NCBI GenBank assembly: GCA_963793865.1
Contig: CAWCBP010000006.1
Span: 128,001 to 192,000 of the forward strand
DNA: 64,000 bases
Direction of reading: 5' to 3'
DNA from: an uncultured delta proteobacterium
GTDB taxonomy: Bacteria > Desulfobacterota > WTBG01
The stretch's first letter is position 1, and the number at the start of each line of letters is the position of its first letter. This document shows, piece by piece, positions 49,705 through 59,924 of this stretch. The notes under the pieces were generated by a model that was not told where the DNA came from, did not search any database, and saw only the letters and a program-made list of their open reading frames with translations. Both the position numbers and the translations under genes were made by a program.

Positions 49705-50052
49705 ATGCACAAGATTTTACAAACCCTGGTGATGCTTCAGGACCTGGATTGCATGATTGACGAAGTTGCCAGCAAGGACGTCAAAAACGTTGAGAAAAAA
49801 ATGGGGCTCAAGATCAAGGGAGAAGAGCAGCTGCAGGAGGCGAAAGAGAGGCTTGAGCAGTCGCTTCCCCCGGCGGTGCTCTCAAAATATCACAAGCTGA
49901 TGAAGCGCTTCGGGAGGGCGGTGGTGCCGGTGGTGGGCAACAACTGCATGGGCTGTTACGTGTCGGTTCCCAAGCGCCTGATGGTGCGGGAGATAGGAAA
50001 CCGGGAATTGAGAAACTGCGAGCGGTGCGGCATGTTCCTCTACTGGGTGTAG
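49705..50052 (+). CDS. Short C4-type zinc-ribbon protein
   Basis: LQDLD, CMGC...CERCGMFLY. Confidence 0.8.
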   Translation: MHKILQTLVMLQDLDCMIDEVASKDVKNVEKKMGLKIKGEEQLQEAKERLEQSLPPAVLSKYHKLMKRFGRAVVPVVGNNCMGCYVSVPKRLMVREIGNRELRNCERCGMFLYWV

Positions 50053-50084
50053 CGGAAGGGCAGGCGCGGGATGGTGATGAGATC

Positions 50085-50561
50085 GTGAGCGGCAAGATAC
50101 CCATGACGCGGGAAGGATACGAATCATTGAGCCGGGAGCTGAAGCGCCTCAAGAATGTCGAGCGGCCAAAGATCGTGAAGGAGATCGGCCTGGCGCGGGA
50201 GCATGGCGATCTGAGCGAAAACGCCGAGTACGAGGCAGCCAAGCATCAGCAGGGACTGCTGGAAGGGCGTATCAGGGAGATTGAAAACAAGCTGGCCATG
50301 GCGCAGCTGCCCGAGGCCGGCAGGGCGCAGGCGGGGACGGTGGTTTTCGGCGCCACCATCCATCTGGAAGACCAGGATACCGGCGAGACGGTGACCTACA
50401 AAATAGTCGGGGCCGATGAGTCGGACATCAGGCAAAAAAAGATTTCCGTACACTCGCCCATCGCCAGGGCCCTGATCGGCAGGAAGATAGGTGATGCGGT
50501 TGAGGTTGCCATTCCTGCAGGCAGGAAGGAATTTGTGGTTCTGAACGTTCTTTTCGATTAG
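50085..50561 (+). CDS. greA: Transcription elongation factor GreA
   Basis: [26 protein letters not shown]. Confidence 0.96.
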   Translation: MSGKIPMTREGYESLSRELKRLKNVERPKIVKEIGLAREHGDLSENAEYEAAKHQQGLLEGRIREIENKLAMAQLPEAGRAQAGTVVFGATIHLEDQDTGETVTYKIVGADESDIRQKKISVHSPIARALIGRKIGDAVEVAIPAGRKEFVVLNVLFD

Positions 50562-50584
50562 CAGGCTGTTGAAAAACACCCATC
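50559..50584. repeat. Single end of the MITE-like element
   Basis: TAGCAGGCTGTTGAAAAACACCCATC overlapping the greA stop. Confidence 0.7.
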
Positions 50585-50707
50585 CCCTGCGTTACCATCA
50601 TCCCTCGTCACTGCAACCTGCGTGCATGCAGGTCCCCCGATTCTTCCCCCGCATCAGAGAATATCCCCTTTCCCCAATGTGACGAAACCCTGTTTGATCG
50701 ACCCGCC

Positions 50708-51961
50708 TCAGAACCGGTAGTCAAGGCTGACGCTTACCAGGCCGGTGTAGGTTTCATAGGTGCCGTTGAACCCGTCCCGGTTTCTCCTGACATGGGCATC
50801 GGCGCTGAACACCGCGTAATAGGAGCAGTGCAGGTTCCACCGCCGCCGGGCAATGCTGAAGCCGGCCGCGGCGATGAACTTGTCGCTGTCAGGCAGTATG
50901 GGATCGACGTTTTCTTCCGGGGCGGCCGAGCGGTCGAACAAAAATCCGCAGCGCAGGGCCAGCCATTCGCTTGCGCGGTATCGCGCCCCCAGGGCATAAT
51001 CCAGCACGTCCTTGTAATCGCGGGGAATGGGCGCAAGCTGCCCTCGCACGGGCGGGCTGACCCGGCCCTCGAAATCGGCGAAAAGCTCATCGAAGCTGGA
51101 AAAGCCCACCCAGATGAGGTCGAATTCCATGGTCAGCCGTTCGGTTATGCGGACCGCGATTCCGCCCGCCAGAATCGGCGGCAGTTCAATCTCGATGTCG
51201 GCGTCCCCGCGGGGGAGAAGCGGTTTTATCAGGGGGGCGGCGGTAAAATCGGCGTCGCCGTCGAGGGTGATGTCTATGGCGCTGCGGTAGGATATCCCGA
51301 AGGTGAGGCTATTGTTTGCCTGATAGAGCAGGGCAAGGTTGAATCCGCATGAACTGCCCCTGGCTTCGAAGTCGGCCGTTCCCAGCGGCCGGTGCCGGGG
51401 CGTGAGCTGCAGCGCTTTTTTGAAGCGGAGGGTGGAGTAGACGGGACTGATGCCGAATGCGACGGAGAAGGCGGGGCTGACGCGATAGGATACAACCGGA
51501 TTGAGGAAAAAGGTTTTCAGCTCGGCAAGGGTGGAGATCCATCTCCCCTCCCAGTCGTCGCTCCAGTCGGTGCTCAGCCCGAAGTGGGAAAAACAGCCGA
51601 GGCCGATGCTGAACCGCTCATTGAGCTGATGGGTCAGGTAGGCCGCGGGGAGGAGGTAGGTGTGATGCTTCATGCGGCTGCTTGAGCCGGTGGCGTCGCT
51701 GGTGAAGGTGGTGCGGGGGATGATCACCGTGCCGCCGCACGAGGCCTGGGTTCCGCCCAGACGGCTGAGCGCGGCGGGATTGTAAAAGACGGCGGAGGGG
51801 TTGTCAACCTGGGCGGTGTAGGCCACGGCCGAGGCGTTGGCCGCGGCGTGCTGATTGTAGATGAGGAATCCGGTCGCAGCGCATGATGCAACCTCACAGA
51901 GGCCGAAATACAGTGCGGCGATCAGTGCCGCGGCTGCTGTGTGTACCCGGCGATGGAACAT
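50708..51961 (-). CDS. FadL/OmpP1 family outer-membrane transporter (paralog of 15840..17081)
   Basis: GFLIYNQ, DNPSAVFYNPA, FGLSTDW, terminal YRF. Confidence 0.9.
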   Translation of the reverse strand: MFHRRVHTAAAALIAALYFGLCEVASCAATGFLIYNQHAAANASAVAYTAQVDNPSAVFYNPAALSRLGGTQASCGGTVIIPRTTFTSDATGSSSRMKHHTYLLPAAYLTHQLNERFSIGLGCFSHFGLSTDWSDDWEGRWISTLAELKTFFLNPVVSYRVSPAFSVAFGISPVYSTLRFKKALQLTPRHRPLGTADFEARGSSCGFNLALLYQANNSLTFGISYRSAIDITLDGDADFTAAPLIKPLLPRGDADIEIELPPILAGGIAVRITERLTMEFDLIWVGFSSFDELFADFEGRVSPPVRGQLAPIPRDYKDVLDYALGARYRASEWLALRCGFLFDRSAAPEENVDPILPDSDKFIAAAGFSIARRRWNLHCSYYAVFSADAHVRRNRDGFNGTYETYTGLVSVSLDYRF

Positions 51962-52074
51962 GGCGGCAATGCGGGCTGAGGATTATACCGTACGCCGATG
52001 AGCATAGCACGCATGCGGATATTAATAAATATAAATATGCGGGTGCCATCAGCCGCTTCGGGACAAAAAGTGCA

Positions 52075-52103
52075 TTGACATTACCGCCTCTATACTTTAT
52101 CAT
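52075..52103 (+). promoter_or_regulatory. Putative sigma70 promoter for rsmD-coaD-tol
   Basis: TTGACA-N17-TATCAT. Confidence 0.6.
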
Positions 52104-52138
52104 TTTATCCCGAACAGCAACAGGGTGGTACGAGCCCC

Positions 52139-52687
52139 TTGAGAGTGATCAGCGGAACGCTTAAAGGAAGAAAGCTTGCCTCCTTCCGGGGCCGGCACAT
52201 ACGGCCCACTGCTGACCGGGTCAGGGAAGCGGTATTTAATATCCTTAACCTCCCCTGGGAGGCGAAGGATGTGCTTGATCTGTTTGCCGGGACCGGCGGT
52301 CTCGGGATAGAGGCCCTGAGTCGCGGCGCCTCGCGCGTCGTCTTTGTGGAGCAGCACCCGCGCGCCCTTGAAGTGCTGGAGAAGAATCTGGGCATGCTCG
52401 GCCTGAGCGGCAGCTGCGAAATCCTGCGCACGGGCGTGGAGGAGGGAATAAGGCTGCTGCAGAGAAGGCGCCATACCTTTGACCTGGCCTTCCTCGATCC
52501 CCCCTACGGCAGCGGTTTGGCAGATAGCGCTTTGCATTTGCTCTCCCGGAGTGCTATAATGCGCGGCGGCGGTGTAATCGTGGCGGAGCACCACATCCGC
52601 GAACAGCTCTCGAACAGCTGCGGGCTGATTACCCTCTCTGATCGCCGCAGATACGGCGAAACCGCCATTTCCTTTTACAGCGTATAA
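52139..52687 (+). CDS. rsmD: 16S rRNA m2G966 methyltransferase
   Basis: RPTADRVREAVF, DLFAGTG, DPPY; upstream of coaD. Confidence 0.94.
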   Translation: MRVISGTLKGRKLASFRGRHIRPTADRVREAVFNILNLPWEAKDVLDLFAGTGGLGIEALSRGASRVVFVEQHPRALEVLEKNLGMLGLSGSCEILRTGVEEGIRLLQRRRHTFDLAFLDPPYGSGLADSALHLLSRSAIMRGGGVIVAEHHIREQLSNSCGLITLSDRRRYGETAISFYSV

Positions 52688-52707
52688 CCGGTGAAGGAAG
52701 CGTATGC

Positions 52708-53217
52708 ATGGAAAAAATTGCCGTCTATCCCGGATCATTTGATCCCATTACCAACGGGCACGTGAGCATCATTGAGCGCGCGCTCAACATTTTTGACAGG
52801 CTCATCGTGACCGTGGCGGTTAATGCATCCAAGAACCCGCTGTTTACCATAGCGGAACGGCAGGAGATGATCCGGGAGGCCACCCGTGAGTATCCCGGGG
52901 TGATGGTCGACACCTTTGAGGGGCTGCTGGTCGATTATGTTGCGAAAAAAAAGATCGGGGTGATTATCAGGGGATTGCGGGCCATGTCCGACTATGAGTC
53001 CGAGCTGCAGATGACCCTGATGAACAGAAAGCTCAACCGGTCGGTAGAGACCATTTTTATGATAACCGGCCTGCAGTGGTTTTATGTCAGCTCGCGCCTG
53101 ATCAAGGAAGTGGCTGCCGCGGGAGGCTGTCTGAAAGGCCTGGTGCCCGATGTGGTGTGCGCCCGGCTCAACGAAAAATTCATGTCATCCCGTCGGCGCA
53201 AGGCCGGCCGGGACTAG
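52708..53217 (+). CDS. coaD: Phosphopantetheine adenylyltransferase
   Basis: YPGSFDPITNGH, IRGLRAMSD, VSS. Confidence 0.96.
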   Translation: MEKIAVYPGSFDPITNGHVSIIERALNIFDRLIVTVAVNASKNPLFTIAERQEMIREATREYPGVMVDTFEGLLVDYVAKKKIGVIIRGLRAMSDYESELQMTLMNRKLNRSVETIFMITGLQWFYVSSRLIKEVAAAGGCLKGLVPDVVCARLNEKFMSSRRRKAGRD

Positions 53218-53242
53218 GACGGGCTGGGGAGGAAAGGGTACG

Positions 53243-53995
53243 ATGATAGAGCCGCTTATGGTGAGCGAAATGGGCATCGGCACCGGCATGGGTGCAGATG
53301 TGGTGGAGCTGGTGACTCATGCCGGGCTGGTGGTTAAATTGGTGCTGTTGCTGCTGCTCTTCTTTTCCGTCGTTTCCTGGGCCATCATCATTGTCAAGTT
53401 CAGGGTTTTCCGGGCGGCTGAAAGGGAGTCGCAATCATTCCTGGATCTTTTCTGGGGCAGCAGGAACTTTTCCAAGGCATATTTGGAGGCCAAGCGGATG
53501 CTGCGCAGTCCCATCGCCGCAATGTTCAGGGTGGGATACGCGGATGTGGAGAAGATCAGGAAGGACCTGGTTCCCGCCGGGGCATCGCCGCAGCCGGCCA
53601 ACGGCGAGGGTCAGAGAAAGCTGGCGGAGGAGCTGGCCTCCATCGACCGGACCCTGAAGCGGGTGGCGGGCACTGAAATTACCAGGCTGGAGCGCGCCCT
53701 CACCTTTTTGGCAACCACCGGCAACGCCTCCCCCTTCATCGGGCTTTTCGGCACGGTGTGGGGCATCATGGACGCCTTCCGGCAGATAGGCTTCAGGGGT
53801 TCAACCAGCCTGGCCATCGTGGCGCCGGGAATTTCGGAGGCGCTCATTGCCACGGCGATGGGTTTGTTTGCCGCCATCCCCGCGGTGGTGGCCTACAATT
53901 ATTATCTGAACAAGATGCGGGTGATGACCTCGCAGATGGAAAGTTTTTCCGCCGAGTTTTTAAATATCGTGGAGAGACATCTCAAGGGCTTGTAG
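53243..53995 (+). CDS. tolQ: TolQ
   Basis: SPFIGLFGTVWGIM, VAPGISEAL, AIPAVVAYN. Confidence 0.93.
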   Translation: MIEPLMVSEMGIGTGMGADVVELVTHAGLVVKLVLLLLLFFSVVSWAIIIVKFRVFRAAERESQSFLDLFWGSRNFSKAYLEAKRMLRSPIAAMFRVGYADVEKIRKDLVPAGASPQPANGEGQRKLAEELASIDRTLKRVAGTEITRLERALTFLATTGNASPFIGLFGTVWGIMDAFRQIGFRGSTSLAIVAPGISEALIATAMGLFAAIPAVVAYNYYLNKMRVMTSQMESFSAEFLNIVERHLKGL

Positions 53996-54046
53996 AAGCT
54001 TGCAGGTTCACGTCCGAGAATTCTTCTCCAGAAAGATCTGTAAGCG

Positions 54047-54096
54047 GTAGGAGCGGCTTAAAGCCGCGAACACATCGCGCCTGAAGGCGCTCCTAC
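54047..54096. repeat. REP-like element, GTAG type B
   Basis: GTAGGAGCGGCTTAAAGCCGCGAA..CGCGCCTGAAGGCGCTCCTAC. Confidence 0.85.
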
Positions 54097-54163
54097 CGGA
54101 ATTTCAAATATCTTTGGCTGGGCTTTGTGGCGGCGGGGCGCCGCACGCTTCCGGAGGCAGTTC

Positions 54164-54577
54164 ATGAATGTAGGCAATGATTCAAAGCGGTTTCTCGCCG
54201 AAATAAACGTTACCCCCTTCGTGGATGTTATGCTGGTGCTGCTGATCATCTTCATGGTGACCGCCCCCATGATGCAGGAAGGCATCAATGTAAACCTTCC
54301 CCAGGCCCAGGGCAAGAGCCTCCCCTCCAAGGAGAAGCGAATCACCATCTCCATCACCAAATCCAGCGAGATCTTTCTCAACGAGCGGAAGGTCGAATTT
54401 TCCCTCCTGGAGGATACCCTGAAAAAAATTTACCAGAACCGCTCGGACCGGGAAATCTTTCTCAGGGCCGATCAGACCGTTCCCTACGGCTTCGTGGTGA
54501 AAACCATGGGGGCCATAAAAAGCGCGGGCATTGAGCAGCTGGGCATGATAACCGTCCCGCTTGAAACCAGGGGATAA
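54164..54577 (+). CDS. tolR: TolR
   Basis: EINVTPFVDVMLVLLIIFMVTAP, LRAD..VPYG. Confidence 0.94.
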   Translation: MNVGNDSKRFLAEINVTPFVDVMLVLLIIFMVTAPMMQEGINVNLPQAQGKSLPSKEKRITISITKSSEIFLNERKVEFSLLEDTLKKIYQNRSDREIFLRADQTVPYGFVVKTMGAIKSAGIEQLGMITVPLETRG

Positions 54578-54582
54578 AAGCT

Positions 54583-55500
54583 GTGCAGCTTATGCCTAAT
54601 AGCCCGGCCTCCGAGCCCCGGTTGATGTGGGGCATCGTCATCTCCTCCGCCGTTCACCTTATTCTCATTACCGTGCTGGTGGGAATGCCGTCCCTGTTCA
54701 GGCCGGAGAGAACCTATTTTTCATCGGCCTATCGGGTGAGCCTGGTGGACATGCCCGGCGGCAAGCCGGGCGGGGGAAAGGAAGGACCGGGGGCGGGGGA
54801 TGCGGCCAAAAAGGTGGCGGTGACCGAGGTGCCGCAGAAGCCCCCGGCAGCGCCGGCACCGGCAAGGAAGGAGGCCGTCGAGAAGCCGGCGGTGGAGGAG
54901 AAAAAGGCGGGGGTAACCATAACCGATAAGCAGGACAGGAAGAGCGCCCCTTCCGCGGCCCCGCAAAAGCAGAAGGCGGCCGATGCGGAGAAGGAGTACT
55001 CCAGTGCCCTGGGCAGGATACGGGATAAGGTCGGCGATCAGCGGAAGGAGGAAGCGCTGTCGCGCATCCGCGAAAATATTGCCGGCGGCGGAGCGGCCGG
55101 CGCGGTCGCGGGAGGAACCGGACCGGGTGAGGGGCCGGGGGGAGACGGCAGAGGCGGGGTGGGCCCCGGGGGAGGAAGGATAGCCAATCTGCCCCTGAAC
55201 TACAGAATGTACTATCAGGCCATTGAGCAGAAAATAAAGAGCAACTGGAACCTGGCGCTGCCGCGCGGCATCCTTGAAGATATGCGCGGTATGGAAGTGG
55301 TCATCGGCATTACCATCGCCCCGGATGGAGAAATTACCGATGTCTCCTTTGAGCAGAAAACGGGGAATATCTATCTTGATGATTCAGCCTACCGGGCGGT
55401 GAAAAAAAGCAGCCCCCTGCCGCCGTTTGCCGACTACAATATCCGGGAGTCGTCGTTCGAAACCGGCATTGTGTTCCCGGTGGGTGAATTATTAGCATGA
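54583..55500 (+). CDS. tolA: TolA
   Basis: TM with S..H motif, Ala/Lys/Gly linker, TonB-like C-domain; between tolR and tolB. Confidence 0.85.
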   Translation: MQLMPNSPASEPRLMWGIVISSAVHLILITVLVGMPSLFRPERTYFSSAYRVSLVDMPGGKPGGGKEGPGAGDAAKKVAVTEVPQKPPAAPAPARKEAVEKPAVEEKKAGVTITDKQDRKSAPSAAPQKQKAADAEKEYSSALGRIRDKVGDQRKEEALSRIRENIAGGGAAGAVAGGTGPGEGPGGDGRGGVGPGGGRIANLPLNYRMYYQAIEQKIKSNWNLALPRGILEDMRGMEVVIGITIAPDGEITDVSFEQKTGNIYLDDSAYRAVKKSSPLPPFADYNIRESSFETGIVFPVGELLA

Positions 55501-55504
55501 GGGT

Positions 55505-56821
55505 ATGATGAAAAAGATAATCACATTGTGCATGTGTCTTTCTATGCTGGGCGCGGCTCGCAGCCTGCCGGCCAAGATCTATATTTATATTGATGCGCCG
55601 GCGACCTCCAAGTTTCCCGTTGCCATAGAGCCCTTCAAAAATATGAGCGGGGCGCCGGGCGTCAATGACGTCGCCTCCACGCTGTCAACCGTCATCTCCG
55701 GTGACCTTGAGATAAGCGGGCTGTTCCGCCTGATTGACCCCAAAACCTTTATTGCCAATCCTGCCGACCAGGACATAGCCGGCGACCGCATCAAATGGGA
55801 TGACTGGTCCCTGCTCGGTGCCGAGGCGCTGGCCAGGGGAGGTGTGTACCAGGAGGAAAAGGGGCTGCGGGTGGAGGCGCGCCTCTATGATGTTGTCAGG
55901 GGCAGCTTTCTCTCGGGCAAGCGCTACTTCGGAGAGGCGGGGGACGCGCGGCTGATGGGACACAAGTTTGCCGATGAGATCATCTATCAGCTCACCGGCC
56001 AGAAGGGTATTTTTCAAACCAAAATCGCATTTGTATCGGACCGCACCGGCCGCAAGGAGGCGTACCTCGTCGATTTTGACGGCAAGAACCAGACCCAGGT
56101 CACCAGTCACCGCTCCATTGTCCTTTCGCCCGCCTGGTCGCCCGACGGCAAAAAGCTGCTGTACACTTCTTATAAGAGCGGCAATCCCGATGTGTACCTG
56201 AGGGACCTCTTCCAAGGGCAGGAAACAAAAATGTCCCATTATCGGGGCATCAATTTGGCCCCTGACTGGTCACCGGACGGGGGAAAAATAGTGTTGACCC
56301 TGAGCGAAGACAATGGTAATTCAGACCTTTATCTGATCAGCCCCCAGGGCGAGAAGCTCAAGCGGCTTACAAAAGAATGGGCAAATGATGTTTCCCCCTG
56401 CTGGTCACCGGACGGCAGGGAAATCGCGTTTGTTTCCAACCGCGCGGGAAATCCGCAAATCTACATCATGGAGGTATCGACCGAAAAGGTGAGACGCCTT
56501 ACCTTTGCCGGGGGCTACAACACCTCGCCGGCCTGGTCTCCCCGGGGGGACAGGATCGCTTACGCCTCCATGGCGGGCAGCGCCTTTTCCATATGCACCA
56601 TTAATACCGACGGCAGCAATCCCCGGCAGCTGACCGATGCCGGCAGCTGCGAAAGTCCCTCATGGTCGCCGGATGGCAGGCACATTGCGTTTTCCTCCAG
56701 CCGGGCCGGCAAAAAGAAGATTTATACAATGCTTGCGGATGGTTCCGGCGTCAGGCCGGTGACGGGCGGGGAGGGCAATGACACCAATCCCAGCTGGTCG
56801 CCCTATATCGACTACCGTTAA
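55505..56821 (+). CDS. tolB: TolB
   Basis: Signal peptide, F.TKIAFVS, repeated P.WSPDG. Confidence 0.95.
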   Translation: MMKKIITLCMCLSMLGAARSLPAKIYIYIDAPATSKFPVAIEPFKNMSGAPGVNDVASTLSTVISGDLEISGLFRLIDPKTFIANPADQDIAGDRIKWDDWSLLGAEALARGGVYQEEKGLRVEARLYDVVRGSFLSGKRYFGEAGDARLMGHKFADEIIYQLTGQKGIFQTKIAFVSDRTGRKEAYLVDFDGKNQTQVTSHRSIVLSPAWSPDGKKLLYTSYKSGNPDVYLRDLFQGQETKMSHYRGINLAPDWSPDGGKIVLTLSEDNGNSDLYLISPQGEKLKRLTKEWANDVSPCWSPDGREIAFVSNRAGNPQIYIMEVSTEKVRRLTFAGGYNTSPAWSPRGDRIAYASMAGSAFSICTINTDGSNPRQLTDAGSCESPSWSPDGRHIAFSSSRAGKKKIYTMLADGSGVRPVTGGEGNDTNPSWSPYIDYR

Positions 56822-56864
56822 GCACACAATAACCCGGTAACATGGTTTTTTGAAAGGAGATGCG

Positions 56865-57416
56865 ATGGAGACAATGAAGAGGAGTCTGTGTCTGCTGGCT
56901 GTGATCATCTTCGCCGTGAGCCTTGTTTCTCTCACCGCGTGTTCACGCCGGTCGGTCAAAAAGGACCGGAGGGGCGGCGAGACGCTGGAGGAGGAGGCAA
57001 TGAAGCCCATGAGTGAGGAAGGGATCAGCGAGCAGGAGCTGGAGGAGGCCCGGAGGAAGGTTGCCGAACTCCGGGGGAGGGAAGGGACCGGCCTGGCAAC
57101 GGTCTACTTTGACTTCAACGATTTTTCCTTAAGCGAGCAGGCCAAGTCCTCCCTTGCCCAGAACGCCGCCTGGCTGATGAATAATCCGGGCCGGGACGTG
57201 ATCATCGAGGGGCACTGTGACGAGCGGGGCACTGATGAGTATAACATCGCACTGGGAGAGCGGCGTGCCAACAGCGCCAAGCGCTATCTGATAAGCCTGG
57301 GCGTCAATGCCGCCCAGCTTTCAACCATCAGCTTCGGCGAAGAGCGGCCTTCCGTTCAGGGGTACACTGAGGACGCCTGGGCCAAAAACAGAAGGGCGGA
57401 ATTTGTCGTCCAGTAA
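56865..57416 (+). CDS. pal: Peptidoglycan-associated lipoprotein
   Basis: Lipobox LTAC, VYFDF, EGHCDERGT.EYN.ALGERRA, KNRRAEF. Confidence 0.96.
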   Translation: METMKRSLCLLAVIIFAVSLVSLTACSRRSVKKDRRGGETLEEEAMKPMSEEGISEQELEEARRKVAELRGREGTGLATVYFDFNDFSLSEQAKSSLAQNAAWLMNNPGRDVIIEGHCDERGTDEYNIALGERRANSAKRYLISLGVNAAQLSTISFGEERPSVQGYTEDAWAKNRRAEFVVQ

Positions 57417-57480
57417 ACCATCTGCCTGAGCAATGCCCGCACGCCGCGCGCGTGACCGGCACAACTCCGGCATAGAAGAG

Positions 57481-58329
57481 GTGGCCACCTTGAAAACATA
57501 CCATCATCTGTTCGTTCTGTGCTGCCTGATCGCGCTGGCGGGGTGCATCGCTCCCGCAACCCAGGGCGATCTCAGCACGCTTGACAAAAAGGTTATCCGG
57601 CAGAGAAAAGAAGTGCAGGAGGTCCGCCAGAAGCAGGCCGACCTGGAGACGCAGGTCGACGCGGTGAAGGCTGACATGCAGCGCCTGGGAGGAACCGTGG
57701 AAGAGGGCAAGCATTATGCCCAGAAGGCATCTGATGATGCCATCGCCCTCCAGGAGACCCTTTCCACCCACATCGGCAAAAATGACCAGGAGCTGCGCCA
57801 GCTCCAGGAAGAAGTGGCGATGATAAAAACCATGCTGGGCATGAAGGTGACCGAACCCCCCGCCGCACCCGACCTGAAGCTGCGGGAGGACTACCCCCCG
57901 GCGGCGGCACCGGCCGCTTCGCCCCCGGGTAATCTGGCCAATGTAGCCGGCAGCCCGGATCCGGAGGAGCTGTACAACAGCGGCTATTCAAAGCTGAGCA
58001 AGGGAGATTTTAAAGGCGCGCGGGAGGAATTTAAAAAATTTCTGGAGCTGTTTCCCCAGACCGAGTATTCGGACAACGCCCAGTTCGGCATCGGCGAGAC
58101 CTACTATAAAGAGAAGAAATACGAGGAGGCCATCCTGGAATATGAAGAGGTGGTCAAAAAATTTCCCCAGGGGAACAAGCTTCCCGACGCCATGCTCAAG
58201 CAGGCCTTTGCCTTCATAGCCCTCAATGATTCAAACAGCGCCAAGCTGCTGCTGCAGAAAATCACCGAGCGCTTCCCTTCCTCCGAGCAGGCGGAAATAG
58301 CGCGCAGCAAGCTCAGGACCCTGAAATAA
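57481..58329 (+). CDS. cpoB: Tol-pal protein CpoB/YbgF
   Basis: Lipobox LAGC, coiled coil, TPRs; follows pal. Confidence 0.9.
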   Translation: MATLKTYHHLFVLCCLIALAGCIAPATQGDLSTLDKKVIRQRKEVQEVRQKQADLETQVDAVKADMQRLGGTVEEGKHYAQKASDDAIALQETLSTHIGKNDQELRQLQEEVAMIKTMLGMKVTEPPAAPDLKLREDYPPAAAPAASPPGNLANVAGSPDPEELYNSGYSKLSKGDFKGAREEFKKFLELFPQTEYSDNAQFGIGETYYKEKKYEEAILEYEEVVKKFPQGNKLPDAMLKQAFAFIALNDSNSAKLLLQKITERFPSSEQAEIARSKLRTLK

Positions 58330-58341
58330 CGGGCGCCCGTT

Positions 58342-58989
58342 TTACTGTTTTCGGGCCTTGTTCCAGTCTGACAGGAACGCCTCGACCCCCAGGTCCGTCA
58401 GGGGGTGCCTGATGAGCTGTTCAATCACCTTGTATGGAACCGTCGCGATGTCTGCCCCCATGAGGGCGGCGTCGAGGAGATGAAGGGGGTTCCGTACACT
58501 TGCAACAATCACCTCGGTGGGGAAATCGTAGTTATCGTAAATGGTGAGAATCTGTTCCACCAGGTCCATGCCCGGGTGGGAGATATCATCCAGCCTGCCC
58601 ACAAAGGGGCTGACGTAGGAGGCGCCCGCCTTGGCGGCAAGCAGCGCCTGGGCGGGTGAAAAGACCAGGGTCATGTTCACCCGTGTCCCCTCGCTCGCCA
58701 GTTCCCTGGTGGCAAGAAGCCCCTCCCTGGTCATGGGAAGCTTGATCACCACATTGGGGTGCAGGGCGGCCAGCCCGCGCGCCTCGCCGACCATCTCCGG
58801 CGCCGTGGTGCTCACCACCTCGACGCTGATGGGTCCGTTGACGATCGAGCAGATCTCCTCTATCAGCGGGATGAATTCCTTTCCTGTTTTGGCAATCAGA
58901 CTGGGATTGGTGGTGACCCCGTCAATGAGCCCCAGCCGGTTCGCCTCCCTGATTTCATCAATCATCGCGGTATCGATAAAAATTTTCAT
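58342..58989 (-). CDS. fsa: Transaldolase / fructose-6-phosphate aldolase
   Basis: [29 protein letters not shown]. Confidence 0.93.
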   Translation of the reverse strand: MKIFIDTAMIDEIREANRLGLIDGVTTNPSLIAKTGKEFIPLIEEICSIVNGPISVEVVSTTAPEMVGEARGLAALHPNVVIKLPMTREGLLATRELASEGTRVNMTLVFSPAQALLAAKAGASYVSPFVGRLDDISHPGMDLVEQILTIYDNYDFPTEVIVASVRNPLHLLDAALMGADIATVPYKVIEQLIRHPLTDLGVEAFLSDWNKARKQ

Positions 58990-59024
58990 GGCTTCTCCTT
59001 CTTCCCGGGGCTGTGCCGGCCCCG

Positions 59025-59291
59025 CTAGCTGTTTTCCGGTTTGTCCTCAAGATACTTGTTCATGCATTCCCGGCTGCAGAAGTAAACGGTTTCCCCCGCT
59101 ACCCGCGCGGTGAGGGCTTCGCGCCGGGGAATGTATACCCGGCAGACCGGGTCAATGACCATTTCATCAACGATGGCGGGGCCGGATGCCGGATCCCGTC
59201 TGCCCTGCTGTTTGGGCGCGGCAATAAAGATGCCCCTGATGAGGCGGTAGAGGAGGTACAAGAGAAGGGCAAAAATGATAAATCGCATCAC
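59025..59291 (-). CDS. Small membrane protein with YHS/TRASH domain
   Basis: N-terminal TM, DPVC..Y...YFCSREC. Confidence 0.85.
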   Translation of the reverse strand: MMRFIIFALLLYLLYRLIRGIFIAAPKQQGRRDPASGPAIVDEMVIDPVCRVYIPRREALTARVAGETVYFCSRECMNKYLEDKPENS

Positions 59292-59788
59292 TGGTTTTCT
59301 CGTTCCACTTTCACCACCCGCCGGGTGTCGCGGAGTTCGGCGACCAGCCGGGAGATGGTTTTGTTGTGAACCGGGTGCACGAGCTGCGGCGCTATTTCCG
59401 CAAGCGGGACCAGGACAAAGCCCCGTTCGCCCAGGCGCCCGTGGGGAATGGTAAGCTCCGGAGACTTAATGACGCGGTCGCCGTAGAGCAGGATATCGAG
59501 GTCAATGGTGCGGGGCCCGAAGGGCACGGTTTTGCGCCGTCCCAGTTTTTCTTCAAGCTCCTTCAGAAATCGAAGCAGCTCCAGGGGGGCAAGCCCTGTT
59601 TCCACCTTCAGCACCAAATTGATGAATTCATCCTGATCATGGTAGCCCCAGGGCTCGGTCAGATACCATGATGATTGATCGAGAATCCCGGTGTGGCCGG
59701 ATGAGGCAATCTGCGCTATTGCCGCGGCACAGTGAGCGTGCCGGTCACCCTGGTTTGAGCCGACGCCGAGGTACGCAATGACCGCCAT
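59288..59788 (-). CDS. folK: HPPK
   Basis: YLGVGSN, FIN, GPRTIDLDILLY, L.IPH, FVLVPL. Confidence 0.95.
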   Translation of the reverse strand: MAVIAYLGVGSNQGDRHAHCAAAIAQIASSGHTGILDQSSWYLTEPWGYHDQDEFINLVLKVETGLAPLELLRFLKELEEKLGRRKTVPFGPRTIDLDILLYGDRVIKSPELTIPHGRLGERGFVLVPLAEIAPQLVHPVHNKTISRLVAELRDTRRVVKVERENQ

Positions 59789-59797
59789 AGCCTCTCA

Positions 59798-59857
59798 CAG
59801 GCTGTTGAAAAACGCCCATCTGATTTGTGGCGGGGCAGGGCTTTTGACGCCACAACA
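59798..59857. repeat. Partial MITE-like copy
   Basis: CAGGCTGTTGAAAAACGCCCATCTGA...GGGCTTTTGACGCCACAACA. Confidence 0.75.
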
Positions 59858-59924
59858 ATGTGTCTTTACGCTTGCGGCATCCCCCGGTGCCTTACGGCTT
59901 TACATCGCATTACGCGCCGGTGAA

